From: Takakia lepidozioides
Taxonomy: Eukaryota; Plantae; Bryophyta
Reading direction: 5' to 3'
Length of the DNA: 64,000 bases
NCBI GenBank assembly: GCA_030704615.1
Contig: CM060731.1
Coordinates: 70,432,001-70,496,000 of the forward strand
Made by a program: the position numbers and the translations under genes. The notes beneath the pieces were generated by a model. It worked only from the letters and a program-made list of their open reading frames with translations. It made no database searches and was not told the DNA's origin. Position 1 is the first letter of the stretch. Each line of letters opens with the position of its first letter. This document shows positions 12,755 through 25,800 of the stretch, piece by piece.

Positions 12755-13111
12755 ACCAGTGATCCCTGCAGGAACAAACCTGATCTTGGAAGTGGTGACT
12801 CAACTAGCATTCTGTACACCAGCTGTTCCCCCTGCACCTGTGAGATGAATTCGGTGGTAGTGCGGCACACAAACATTCTGGATGATGTGGATGCGTATCC
12901 CATGGGGAGTAATAACCCAAAGGCAATGGCCAGTTTCTCACTGTGGCGCATATCAAGCATATACCCAGTCTCCTTCATCCACCCAGATAATCTCTTTAGC
13001 TCCACAAGGTTTTCTTTGACATGTGGATGCCTGTTTGTTGACCTCAATATAGCAGCACCTTGGCTCCTTTTTGAAATGTCTGTCCTCCAGACTTTTCTCA
13101 CCCTTGCTTTC
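12755..13111 (-). pseudogene. Decayed E2/E+/DYW tail of PPR gene 1
   Basis: Frameshifted, deleted remnants KKEPRCCYIEVN, ELKRLSGWMKETGY, HSEKLAIAFGL, HHFQDQVCSCRDHW after the stop at 13112. Confidence 0.85.
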
Positions 13112-16100
13112 TCATCTCACCACATTAGCTGCAGGGTGCTTAGAATCCCTATTGCAACTGCAATTCGCCGCATGTTCTGCTAGCTCCACATTACCATGAA
13201 TTCTGCAGGCACTTAGCAAGGCCCTCCATATCTCAGCACCTGGTTCGAGTGGCAACTTGTCAATGAAGCCGTTTGCCTCATCTAATCTCCCTACACGGCC
13301 AAGAAGGTCAACCATGCAGCCAAAATGCTCCATGGTAGGAGTGAGGCCATGCTCTCTAGTCATGCAATCAAAGTAGTGACAACCTTCAGCCACTAGGCCC
13401 ACATGCCCACATGCAGACAGAACAGACACAAAGGTGATACCATTTGGCTTCAAGCCTTCCTGCTGCATTTGTTCATAAAGCTGCAGGGCCTCCCTACCAC
13501 ATCCATGCTGGGCACATCCTGTGATCATTGCTGTCCATGAGACCACATCTCTTTGAGCCATATTATCAAATACTTTATGTGCATCCTTCATGCTCCCACA
13601 TTTGGCATACATGTGGACAAGCGTGGTCTCCAATTTAATATTAGATACTATTCCAGCTTTGATGATGTCAGCATGAACATCTTTGCCCTTGTCCAAGGCA
13701 CCCAGGATTGCACAGGCATTGACAATGCCAATGAACGTGACCTGGTCAGGTGTCACCCCTTCCCATTGCATTTTCTCATAGATCTCAATAGCATCCCCAC
13801 CACACCCATGCTGTGAATATCCTGCAAGCATCGCACTCCAAGAGACAAAATCTCGTTCAGCCATTGTGTCAAACACTAGACGGGAGTCCTTCAAGCTCCC
13901 ACATTTGGCATACATGTCTAAAAGGGCATTCTCCAACTCAATATATAACTCAATTCCAGATTTGATGATGTCGGCATGGACCTCTTTGCCCTTTTCTAGA
14001 GCTCCTAGGTTGGCACATGCATTGAGAACACAAATAAAGGTGACACCATCCGGTACCACCCCTTCCCAGAGCATTTCCTCATAGATCATGAAAGCCTCCC
14101 TACCACACCCAACCTGTGAATATCCTGTGATCATTGCACTCCAGGAAACCACATCTCTTTTAGCCATGTTGTCAAACACTTTCCGCGCATTCGTCACATT
14201 CCCACATTTGGCATACATGTTGACAAGGGCATTCTCCAGATTTAGATATGACCCAATCCCAGCTTTGATGATGTCAGCATGGACAGCATTGCCCTCTGCC
14301 AGGGCTCCCAGGTTGGCACATGCATTGAGAACACAAATGAACGTGACTTTATTGGGTCTTATCCCTTCCTGCTGCATTTGCTCATACATCTGGAAAGCCT
14401 CCCTACCATCTCCATGCTGAGCATATCCTGTGATGATCTCACTCCATGAGATCACATCTCGTTTAGCCATGTCGTCGAACACATGACGAGCGTCGATCAT
14501 GCTCCCACATTTGGCATACATGTTGACAAGGGAGTTCTCCAAATTCGTATATGACCCAATCCCAGCTTTGATGATGGCAGCATGGACCTCTTTGCCTTTT
14601 ATCAAGGCTCCAACGCTGGCACACGCATTGAGAACGCAAATGAACGTGACCCTGTTGGGGACCACTCCTTCCCGTTGCATTTGCTCATAAATCTGGAAAG
14701 CATCCCAGGCGCACCCATGCTGAGAATAACCTGCAATCATGGCGTTCCATGAGACCACGTCTTGTTTTGTCATGCTGTTGAACACATGACATGCATCCTT
14801 CATGCTCCAGCATTTAAAATACATGTCCACAAGGGTATTCTCCAATTCAATACACGAAGCAACTCCAAATTTGACAATGTCAGCATGGACATCCTTGCCC
14901 ATTTGCAGGGATCCTAAGTTGGCACACGCATGGAGAATGCATATGAAAGTGACCTTGTTAGGCATCACACCCTCCTGTTGCATTTGCTCATAGATCTTAA
15001 AAGCCTCCCTGCTACACCCATGCTTGGCGTAACCTGCTATCATTGTAGTCCAAGTAAATAAATCTCGTTCAGACATGTTGTTAAACACTTGGCGTGCATC
15101 CATTATACTCCCACACTTGGCATACATATTGACAAGGGTGTTGAGTAGAAAGATGTTTTGCTCCAATCCAATTTGGATCATGTGGGCATGTACCTGCTTT
15201 CCTCCTGTTAAGTTTCTCATGGTGATGCACTCCTGCAAGAGGCGGACATAAGTAGTGGAGTCTGCCCAAATACCTTGCTGCTTTAATCTACATGGCGCAT
15301 CTTTTAGCCATCCTGTCTCCACATACCCACAAACGCCAGAAGAGCCCCCCTTGTCTCCATCTCTCGGTCCTCTTTCTAAGGCACTCGTGATAGTGGAAGT
15401 GATAATCCAGCCAAAAGTCTGATGTACAACAAATAATTGTGTCTGATACGATCCTGGCATCCTGCATCACTCAGAACTCTTAGTTACAGACCGTGACACT
15501 GACATTCAAACATTAAATCTCCAGCTCCTAAATACCTGCAATAAAGAACAATACTTATCAGCATGGTTCCAAGACCACTGTAATCATCAGCTTTGAGAAT
15601 AAACTGTACCAATTCTCTGTTTGAGAACACTTCATCATCAAACCAATACCTGTTGTATCCTTGGCCTGGAGCTCCATAGTGGACATCGAAAGTAGAATCA
15701 TCACCAGATTTTCCTCCACCTAGTATCATAGCAACAGGCACTGCTCTCGCCCAATGAGGGTTCGACCACCTCCCAATCCAATCGACCTCCTCTGTTCGCT
15801 TATGTTTGAATTGCGGCGAACTTGGGATTTTCTGTGAATACAACAGTGAGCAGCTCAGCAGCCATAGCTCCAACACAGCCTCGCATAGGCCAGGCTACAA
15901 CCATCAAACCTGTAAGCATCTTGCAAATAACAGGGAACCTTCAAGAACCTACTCTCATGACTGCTGACAAGGAAGAACAACTACTGATAGCAACAACAAA
16001 ATTCGTTTTGAGTAGCACAGTTAGTCCTGGAGATAAAGATAGATGTACCTTTTCAAACCTGTTGTCCCACCAGCGTGAAGGATCTAAGAGGAACTCCTGC

Positions 16101-16213
16101 CACAGCTGTTCTTCGCTTGCCACTTGACCTATGTGCAAGAACTGCAATAATTTGAGACCATTGCAAGCGGCCTGAGTCTCTACAGGGAGCACTGCGCTAG
16201 CTTTGGATAGCAT
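13112..16213 (-). CDS. PDF-motif + PLS-class PPR protein ending in E1 (gene 1)
   Basis: Predicted exons 16213 (or acceptor 16141)-16049, 15831-15650, 15461-13112 with GT-AG introns in phases 0 and 2. PDF motif LWQEFLLDPSRWWDNRFEK|KIPSSPQFKHKRTEEVDWIGRWSNPHWARA. About 20 PPR motifs at 303-nt triplet period, then P2-L2-S2-E1. True start codon uncertain. Confidence 0.85.
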
Positions 16214-17406
16214 TTCTGCAAGTTACTCCCATGCTCTTTCTCTGCCTCATGCACACAAGAAACATGCAACGGGTACAGATCTTGCAGAAGAATTTGAAAG
16301 GAGCTTGTGGTGGCCAAGCCCACACTTGAAGCCAGCTGATTTGCAGCTGATACTGTGTCCGGCCAGACTCGGTCCTTCGACCGTAATCTGCCATTCCCAC
16401 AGAAACCGAAATCCAGTTTTGAAACTCGAATGGAGGTCCTATGCCAACACCAAAGTTAAAAGCAGGCGCTTGAACGCCACCTTGTATCATAGTCGCTAGC
16501 TCTGCTTTCGCCCAAACGATTCTCACCCCGAAAGCGCTCCCTCCTCTGCCCTGCATTAGGGTTTTGAAGCCTGAAGGCCCTGCCACATTCCTTGTGCTCC
16601 TCTCCAGCTAGGTGGGTGCTGTTGAAATTAGCCCAAAAACCCTACAATAACAACGCTGGCCGGGCAGTGCAGAATTAGAGGTCTTCTTAGGGAAACCCAA
16701 CATCTGACGGAGTTTCTGTGGATATTTTTGCATCATTTGCAAGGTGCGTGAGAGAGAGAGAGAAAGAGTGTGTGTGCGTGTGTATGTGTGGATGCATCTT
16801 GTCCAAGAACAAGTTAGGAGAAGGTGCTGTAGAATTGGGTTTCAATTGGCGTACCCATTTGGGAAATTTGTGAATCAGTGAATTTGTTTTGTTTTGTACT
16901 ATGCAGAGGTTGCAAGAACTTTTAATGCTCACAAAAGAGTTATAAGATTCCAATCACAATGGCAAAAAATGCCATGAAAGTTTAGGGATGTAGTAAAGAA
17001 TATGATTCAAGGGTCGACGACAAGTGTTAGATCTGAGCATGTTTTCAGGTATGAATGAAAAGGTGGCAAGAGGTGCAGTTTTTGCTGTCAATGATGGAGA
17101 AAGCTTTAGTTGATCCGTGTCTCGCTACCAGCACTTGCAAACAGTGAATGGGCACTCTTTTTATTTTGAAGACGATGGATACAATTCTGAGACTAGAATC
17201 CTCAATGCAACACCAAGAGACTAAAGCTGCACTGCAATCTTTTCAGCCAGATTAGTAAGCGCATTGATCGCCTGAGACATACATAGAGAAGCGTGCCAAG
17301 ACTGTTCAGATGAAGCGTAATGGGTTACTGCAGAAGGCCGCAATGCGGGATCCACCCAACCTTCGTTGTTCCTCTGTTCAAGGGAACTGGACAAAACTGT
17401 GCAAGC

Positions 17407-17991
17407 CTAGGCTACAGAGTACAGGCGCCCAAACTCATCTCCTTCGGTGGTTTTCTTCTTAGGACCCCACAGGAAGAAAGCAGTCCACTTGTTTATATCG
17501 TACCCCGTGCCCAATTCGATAGTGTGGGTGACCACATAGCCCTTCACCAGGCTCAGGAAGTCGCCGGTGCCACCATAGATGGACAGCGAGCTGTTAGAGG
17601 CATAGACATCGATTATACCTTGGATGTTGAACGTCCCGTTGTAGGGGGTGGTCATTTTAACAGTGGCGGTTATCAAGATTCTGTAGGTGGCGGACTGAAA
17701 GTGATACGTCGATGTCCCAACAGCCACACCATACTGTGTGGAATTCCGCTCTTTGGTCTCTGTCAAATACTCTTCAAACACAGACATCCTTCCTAAGGTC
17801 GAATTTGTAAGCTGCACAATTGTGTCATTCAAATCGGACCCATACGTTTCGTACTGGTACCAAGTGAGATTCGTGGTCTTGAAGCTGGTTTTACTCAACT
17901 CATGTTCACCCATCACAGGCGTACCCAGCATCATCACCACCAGAAATCCCACTGCCACAAGAGACCCCATGGCTGCCTGCAATTTAGCCAT
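17407..17991 (-). CDS. Secreted dirigent-like protein (194 aa, intronless)
   Basis: N-terminal hydrophobic signal peptide, several NxS/T sites, dirigent-type motifs GRMSVFEEYLT, GTFNIQG and SIYGGTGDF. Confidence 0.75.
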   Translation of the reverse strand: MAKLQAAMGSLVAVGFLVVMMLGTPVMGEHELSKTSFKTTNLTWYQYETYGSDLNDTIVQLTNSTLGRMSVFEEYLTETKERNSTQYGVAVGTSTYHFQSATYRILITATVKMTTPYNGTFNIQGIIDVYASNSSLSIYGGTGDFLSLVKGYVVTHTIELGTGYDINKWTAFFLWGPKKKTTEGDEFGRLYSVA

Positions 17992-20900
17992 CGGCCAAAA
18001 GTGTCGATGTCCCTGGCAGACTTAATTAAACACTCCCCTCCTCTCTTTGTCCCTCCTCTTTGGATTCAGCTGCTGTACTCCGAGCGTACTAGCTGGCACA
18101 CTAGATAACTCAAATGCAACTCTCTCGGAATCTCTCCCTCACACACTGTCGCCTGTACTCTTCTATACAATTCCACCTCTCAATCCTCTCGCTCTAGATA
18201 CCCTCTCTGCTGGACCGTAGATCTCTTTCAAACTACTCTTTCAAGTTTGATCAACTGGCAGGTATGGAGTTGGATTGATGAGCAGGAAGGGCAAGGCCCT
18301 TCTTATGCAGCTCAGGAGAACTGGGAGCTCGTTTGGGACAATGGTGTCCGCGCCCACGAGGCGGCTACTACTGCCAATCTTCCTGTCCATCTTCCTGTCC
18401 AGTCTGCCCACATTTTGGGGTTAGGACTAGCATTGTACTTGGCACAGAGTATCAAGTATCAACCAGTCAACTATCAACCATAACCGGAACCAGAGGTATA
18501 AAGCAAATTTACATCCGACTAATATCCCGAACTGGTGGATATCCAAAAAATGAGACCAAACCTACTTAATACCCCGAACCAGGCCCATGTCATGACTAGA
18601 CTAGATTTTCCGCAATATCGGTAGAATAATGTGAGGGTGAATGTTTTAGAGCAAGAGATGATACTTGATGCTGTTAATTGAGCTTCGACAAGGAGTTGAT
18701 ACGAAGGGCCGCATGTCTATTTTCTCTTTGGAGTCCCCCTCCCATGCAAGGGGAAGAGGCTCTTATACTAACTCCGGTTGGCGTCATATACATATATGTG
18801 TATATATATGTAGATATATTCTTTGGAGTCATTAGATGTAATATAATTCATGTTCTCATTATTTTATTCATTCCATTGAAGAACTTTGGGGCACATAAAG
18901 CTGCCATCGATGGAAGCTTTTTCCCAGACTGGGCGGAATAGACAGGAAAAGATAAAAGTATCAAAGGGTTGTGGAAGGGTCAAACACTTGACCCTTCCCA
19001 CGTTCTTGACCCTTACCTAGCGTGTTTTGTCCTTCACTCCCTCATTTCCACTCAGACTAAGGCACTCCTTCCCCGCGGTTTTTTTTCTTTCTTTCTCTAA
19101 ATAAAAGGGGACGAAGGCCCTGTAATTCATATTTAAACCCCCGAAAGGGGGCAGTAGCCGTGAGGCGAAATGGCTCTTAGTTACGCCGGCTTTGGCAAGA
19201 GTCTTCTCTCTCTTAAAAACCATGGAGAAAATAACCATGTGAAGGTCCATGAGGGACAAATCAGAGCGATGGGGTAACACCCTAACCTCACGCGCTTCAA
19301 TATGGCCTCAATTGCCCTTACACATTTTGTTTAATAATAGGCAACCAAATTGTAGCCAAGTGGTAATAGGCACATACCACTTCATGGGATGTGGTTGTGG
19401 GTTCGGTTCACCGATTGGTGGTGTCACAAAGGTGTCCATCTTCCTACCGGAAGGCAATAGCCAGGCTTCCCTTCAGGTCAAGAGACACCATACTTTACGC
19501 TTCCTTCCTGAGGCGTCATATATTATATGGTTCCAATATGGATATAGACATAAAAGGCGCCTAATGAAACCCACATACCCCACAGCATGGAGGTTACACT
19601 AAAGTTTTTCTTAATACTTATTTGTGTTAATGCAAACAATTTCCTAAGCACTAGCCAAAGCAAAGGATATAAGTTGTGCTGACATGAGGTTAGGTAGCAT
19701 GTGAGCAGGCTCAGGGGCGTGAGCACAAAGGCATATTCCAAAAGATTTTGGAGAACATGCGATTGCGAAACCAAAATGCGCTCACGCAATAAGAAATACG
19801 AAACTATTTGAAAACTATGCTCACGCGAAAAAAATCATGAAATTAATCATCCAAAGCTTAACTCATGTGAGCACAAAGACCCACTAATATATCTAACAGA
19901 AGTCAAAGATCAGTGCACGTAAACAGTGTGGCAAGAACCACCCAAAAAAAAAGGGTTTCGCTAGCGAAACGCAAACGGTGTTTGCAAGCGAAACTTGGAT
20001 TTTCACCAACAAAACTTGGTTTCGTCGGCAAAATTGGGGTTTGGTTTTGCTTTTTGTTTTTTTTGTTAAGGTTTCTACCTTTCAAGCCCTTCTATATGCT
20101 TAACATTATATTTCGACACCATGAAGACCCTATTAACGCAGAAATATCCTATGTATGTAGTATATGTATTTCCGCTGACATACATATTGAGACCCTTATA
20201 ACCGTGGATCCTGCTCGCGCGGCGATTGTTTTGTGCTCACGTGGTACCAACCCCCCCTGACCCTTAGTATGCCAATCAAAAACCGGAACCATCAGTTATC
20301 ATAAAACTAATAACAGGCCCATCACATAAAGTACCGGGGTAAGGGAAAAAAAAAAATCATTAAAATTTAGGATATCCAAAACAGTCAGGTATCTAATATC
20401 TACAATTAGAAGATAGGTAGGTATATCGAAATCCGGGGGATAAAGTGATATCCACATAGTAACACTGGTTAATATAGCCTTTTTAACGACCCCATACCAA
20501 AGTACCATACCTAAAGAGCTGGCACTTTCCACAAATACCAAATAATTCATTGATTATTATTATTTTAAACAGCGTCGATTTGAAAGTAGAAATTAGTCAA
20601 CTATTCTCACTTGATTGGTGTGTTTGCTTTATGACCCATCTGGATAAGCACAAATTTCCCATGAGGTGAGGTTTTGAGTAGAGTTTGTCTCGAAAAAAGT
20701 CTCCACGGTCTCTTTGCTCCAATCTACGGACTCGAGGTAGCTTTGGGATCTTGGTCCCGAATGGAACAGCAGGTGTGGAGCACTCCCCACCTTCCTAATG
20801 CGGGATGAGATTTGATTCGCACCCTCCCCAAGCCTCTCTCGGAGCCCCCGCCAGCGGGCCCACCACCTCAAGCGCTTGCCTTAAACTCGTTGGGTAAGCC

Positions 20901-22774
20901 TAGTCCTAACTCCTAAACCGTTAGGAACTTCAATGTCAATTAATTTTCTTCCGATTTTGTTCTTCAAATGGAACACACTAGACATAGGATGGGAGTGTAA
21001 TGCGTATGTGGGAGATAATGAAAATTCGGCAGCTCCGCAGTCACCTTCAAGAGGTTATCCCACAAACCAACTCCCTCAAGAGTCGGGACTTTAACACCTT
21101 TGACACAGAGCCTGACCAAAATAGGGGTTTCAGAAGGCCCCACCAAGCTGCCACACACCTCACCTTGACATCATCTCGTGATAAGGGTTTGACCACATGA
21201 TGCAAACTAGTAGGTGCGCAGGAAGCCGGTCAATTCCTCACCCATTTGCCCTAAGACTTGAAGAGTGGATAGTGGCAAGCAGATCGACTCTCGAATGGTG
21301 CGGTGCATTGGGTTCCGATTAAAAAGATAAAGGTTTATCTTTTTATTTCAAAAAACGAGTTGAAATCCTGGCTTGAAGTGTAACGATCCCCTGCTCCCTT
21401 CCTCCACACTCCGCCCCAAGAGTTGTCTCCGGCCACGGCATTGTGACCGGCCATTATTCATGGAATCATGATTCGTGTTTCCAGCCATGCCGACGAGCAT
21501 ACCGGTAAAAGTCCAGCACACGCACGTTATACTTCCATCAATGTCTAGTGTCACGGACCTCTTTGAATATGGTATTTGGAACATTCCATAGTCGGTGCTG
21601 GCACCTTTTCCTTTCAAGTGGCCCGGGCACGAGGCCTATCGATTAGGATTTGTGGAAGGGCTCACGTTCTTCAGCGCCTATTTTGAGTCAAGTGTAGAGC
21701 TGAATGTTGGGACCAAAATGTTGTAATTGACGGAGCTAACTTAAAGTAATTGATGTTATGCGGCCAAATCCGGCTGCTAAAATATTTTGCCCTATGTGGC
21801 ACATTTTTAGTACAAATTATGCATAACCATGAAATAACTTTCCCAGGCCCATTGTTCTCTGGATGGGAACTGGTTCAACAATCCAAATATCCCCATCACA
21901 TTGAACATAAACCAACATCCACCCAGGTGATTCCGGGCTCAAATCCTGCTACCCTGTTGAGTGGTATTATAGAGCCGCGCTCATGCATTCTAGTTCGCAA
22001 ATGTTACAACGGAATCATGGTATATCCGGTGCGCATCGCTTTAGGAACAAGGACGATAAGGCTTGGTCAAGCTGATAATTCCTGGATTTCTATCACATTG
22101 GATTCCCTGACACATGGGACCAGTTGACACACAATTAGTCTCCACACAAAACAAGAAAGTAGGTGCTCCGAATGGGGCCACCCTGCCATTGACCAAACCC
22201 TGCATGTCTGTCCAAATGGCCCCATTTCAACTCTATGGACGCTCCAGTGGTAGTGGCCTTAGCCTTGGTCGGTTTTTAGGGTTGATTCAACGTTTTTTTT
22301 TCCTTAATTTACAGCATGGGATAGTGGCCATGAGTGCACTGTATTGATGGAAAGACAGGGAAAATAAACCTCCAGAAGCCAAGAAGGCTGAACAAGCGAG
22401 GGGGGTAGCTACCAGTGTTGGTATGGTAGGACATACCAGACTGGTATATTGGCAGATGTATTGTATTATATTATATTTTTATTATACTAATGTCAGATGT
22501 ATTTTCTTATAGATATTGGGTATGAGTATTGTATATCATGGTCACAATACCAGCTGGTCTCACATATCAATACTGGTGTCATTCAAGTAGCAGTTTTAAT
22601 TTGTTTTTGTTTCTTTAATTTTTTTCCGTCCTGTAGGTCTCATGGCCCATAAATGTTAATTTTCCCCCCTCCTCAAGGGCCTGAATTGTGGGCTGTCGCT
22701 CCCAGGTTTCCTTCAAAATTTTAGTATCTAGAGGGAAAAGAACTTTACTAGAGAAAAAGAACTTGTAAAGTCCC

Positions 22775-22810
<36 letters not shown>

Positions 22811-23917
22811 CACATGCTATACGTATATAATTGTGCAAAAAATTATACAATATTAAGATCGTAAGTAGAATACTCATACAGAGCAAATGAGGAAATATTG
22901 GTAGGGCAGCCGGTATATAAAAGTCTATACCAGCCTGGTCTGGTATGTCTGGTATCTCCCTGGGTATAGCATATTTACATACGAGACTCGTCTGGTCTTT
23001 ACATCCCTGTGCATATTACCAGACCAACCTGGTAGAAGCTACACGGAGTTCCATGGCCAGAAAGGGTCAACAGATTGAACTTGTGATTGAGAAATAATAA
23101 CTCAATTTCAACTAATTGCGGACTTTTGGCCTAAATCCGGACCAAGCTTAATATATTACCTAATTAACATTAACTCAATTATTAACAATAATAATATTGA
23201 AGTAGTGAATCATTTAATTTATGAAGTTGCTCAATTCATGTAACGTCGACCACTAAGTCGTACTTTGTAATATAATAAAACGGTACATCATCTAAGATCA
23301 ATTGAGAAGATTGTGAAGTTCCGACACGTGACTCATATCAAAGTCATCTAATGTCATATATTCGACGATATACAGTTCAGAATTAAACATCCATACCGAT
23401 GCATGCTAAGAGTACATCAGTCAATATACTAAGTTGCAAGTTCCCAAGCTGGAAAACATTGAATTGAATTACCATCAAACATTGGAATTAGGTCTTAGTA
23501 TAAGACATTTTGTAAACACATTAATGGCAAACAAATATTATGGAAAAGCCTGTAGATTAGACCTCGAAGCAAATATCAGATCATGATTCTATCATACCCA
23601 CAAGTTGGAAAATTTTGAAAAATTAAAAAATGAGCGTCAAACAATGGAATTAGGCTTTAGGGTATAAAGTTTACTTTTTTTTAAAGACAAAGGTGGACAA
23701 CAAATATTGTGGAAAACCGTACCGATGACCTATAGAATTTAGATCACCTATAAAAGTTGAGAATGAAATATAGTGGAATGAGATATCCCAACAAGTCTAG
23801 TATAATTATACCGAAAGCTAGAAAAAAACTAAATGAGCACCTAACTTGGAATTACGTTTTAGCCTTTAGTTTGTAGGGTTTAGGGTGAGCAAAAAATCAA
23901 TATATGAAGCAAGACAT

Positions 23918-23928
23918 TTGTTTTGTTT

Positions 23929-23959
<31 letters not shown>

Positions 23960-25800
23960 GTAGCGTCGTTGAGATCTCGCAAACCGCGGGCCCAGCACGT
24001 GTGCAGGGTGCCGTTGGAAAGCCCTCAATGAGGAGGGGTGCACCGGTTTGGTCTCATGATTTTTGGACAAGCGGTGAGGGAGATGTGGAATTCCAAGTAC
24101 TTTTGGTCGCTGGAAATTCACAAAAAATAGCAAAAATGGCAAAGTGGGCATTTCCTGGGAGAATGGTTGGAGCCTTGAGGGGAGAGACAACAAGGGAGAG
24201 GTCTCCGATTCAAATCTGGTCATAGGCTATGTGGAAAAAAAATGATTAGATATGGCTAAATCAGTAGACGTAGATGACTTAGATGATAGTGGACACTTGG
24301 GCCAACGGCACATGCTATCCTAGAGGCCTCACTTAGGAGACGCACTAGAATACATATGAGATATTGCACTTGGGCTTAGATGACACTGGGCATTTGGGCC
24401 AACGGCACAAGCTACCCTAGAGGTCGCACTTGGGCCTGTTTTGTTTTGTTTTGTTTTGTAGCGTCGTTGAGATCTCCCAAACCGCGGGCCCCAGCGCAAG
24501 TGCTTGGTGCCGTTGGAAAGCCCTCGATGAGGAGGGGTGCATCGGCTTGGTCTCATGATTTTTGGACAAACAGTGAGGGAGATGTGGAATTCCAAGTACT
24601 TTTGGTCGCTGGAAATTCACAAAAAATAGCAAAAATGGCAAAGTGGGCATTCCTGGGACAATGGTTGGAGCCTCGACGGGAGAGATATCAAGGGAAAGGT
24701 CTCCAGTTCAAATCTGGTTGTAGGCTCTGTAGAAAAAAAACTTGATTAGATATGTCTTGCTTCATATGTTGATGCACTTGGACTTAAATGACATTGGACA
24801 CTTGGGCCAACGGCACAGGCCACCCTAGACATGGGAGACGTACTTGGATACTTAGGAGACTGCACTTGCGTTAAGATGATCCACTAGACACTTGGGCCTC
24901 TACATGGGAGATGCACTTGAATACATGAATAGAAGATTGTACTTGGGCTTAGATGGGCCTCGACAAAGGAGATGCACTTGTATACGTAGGAAATTGCACT
25001 TAGTCTTAGATTTCAATTCATCACGCATGGGCCGACGGCATAGGCTACACTAGAGGCCGCACTTGGGCCTCGACATAGGAGACGCACTGGGATACATAGA
25101 AGATCTTACACTGGGGCTAAGATGACACTGGACACTTGGGCCAATGGCACATGCTACCCTAGAGGTTGCATTTGGGCCTCGACATAGAAGACGCACTTGG
25201 ATACATAGGGGATTGCACTTGGACTTAGATGATGACACTGGACACTTGGGCCAACAGCACAGGCTACCCTAGAGGTCGCATTTGGCCCTCGACATAAGGA
25301 GACGCACTTGGATACATAGGGGATTGCACTTGGACTTAGATGATGACACTGGAGAGTTGGGCCAACGGCACATGCTACCCTAGTCAATATATGAAGCGAG
25401 ACGTTTGTTTTGTTTTGTTTTGTAGCGTCATTGAGATCTCCAAAACCGCGGGGCCCCAACGCGTGTGCTTGGTGCCGTTGGAAAGCCGTCGAGGAGGAGG
25501 GGTGCACTGGCTTGGTCTCATGATTTTTGGACAAGCGGTGAGGGAGATGTGGAATTCCAAGTACTTTTGGTCGTTGGAAATTCACAAAAAATAACAAAAA
25601 TGGCAAAGTGGGCATTCCTGGGACATGATTGGAGCCTCGACGGGAGAGATATCAAGGGAAATGTCTCCGATTCAAATCTGGTCATAGGCTCTGTGGAAAA
25701 GAAACTTATTTAGATGACATTGGGCCGTTGGAAATTTGGAAAAAATAGCAAAGTGGGCATTCCTGGGAGAATGGTTGGAGCCTTGAGGGAAAGACAGCAA
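23918..25800 (+). repeat. Compound tandem repeat: three ~320-bp units plus short ~115-bp units
   Basis: Unit TAGCGTCGTTGAGATCTC...GTTGGAAAGCCCTC...AAAGTGGGCATT at ~23961, ~24459 and ~25422 (partial ~25725), each preceded by (TTTTG)n. Interspersed GACACTTGGGCCAA...TACCCTAGAGG subunits at 24.3-25.4 kb. Confidence 0.85.

Noticed and set aside
21348-21617. STDYGMFQI resembling the c-type lysozyme motif
   Set aside because: Nine-residue match only; following residues lack lysozyme Trp/Cys pattern and look more like a decayed SWIM-type TE fragment.
23918-25800. Repeat-spacer appearance suggesting a CRISPR array
   Set aside because: Units are long and degenerate, intervening sequences are themselves repeats, there are no cas genes, and the context is eukaryotic.
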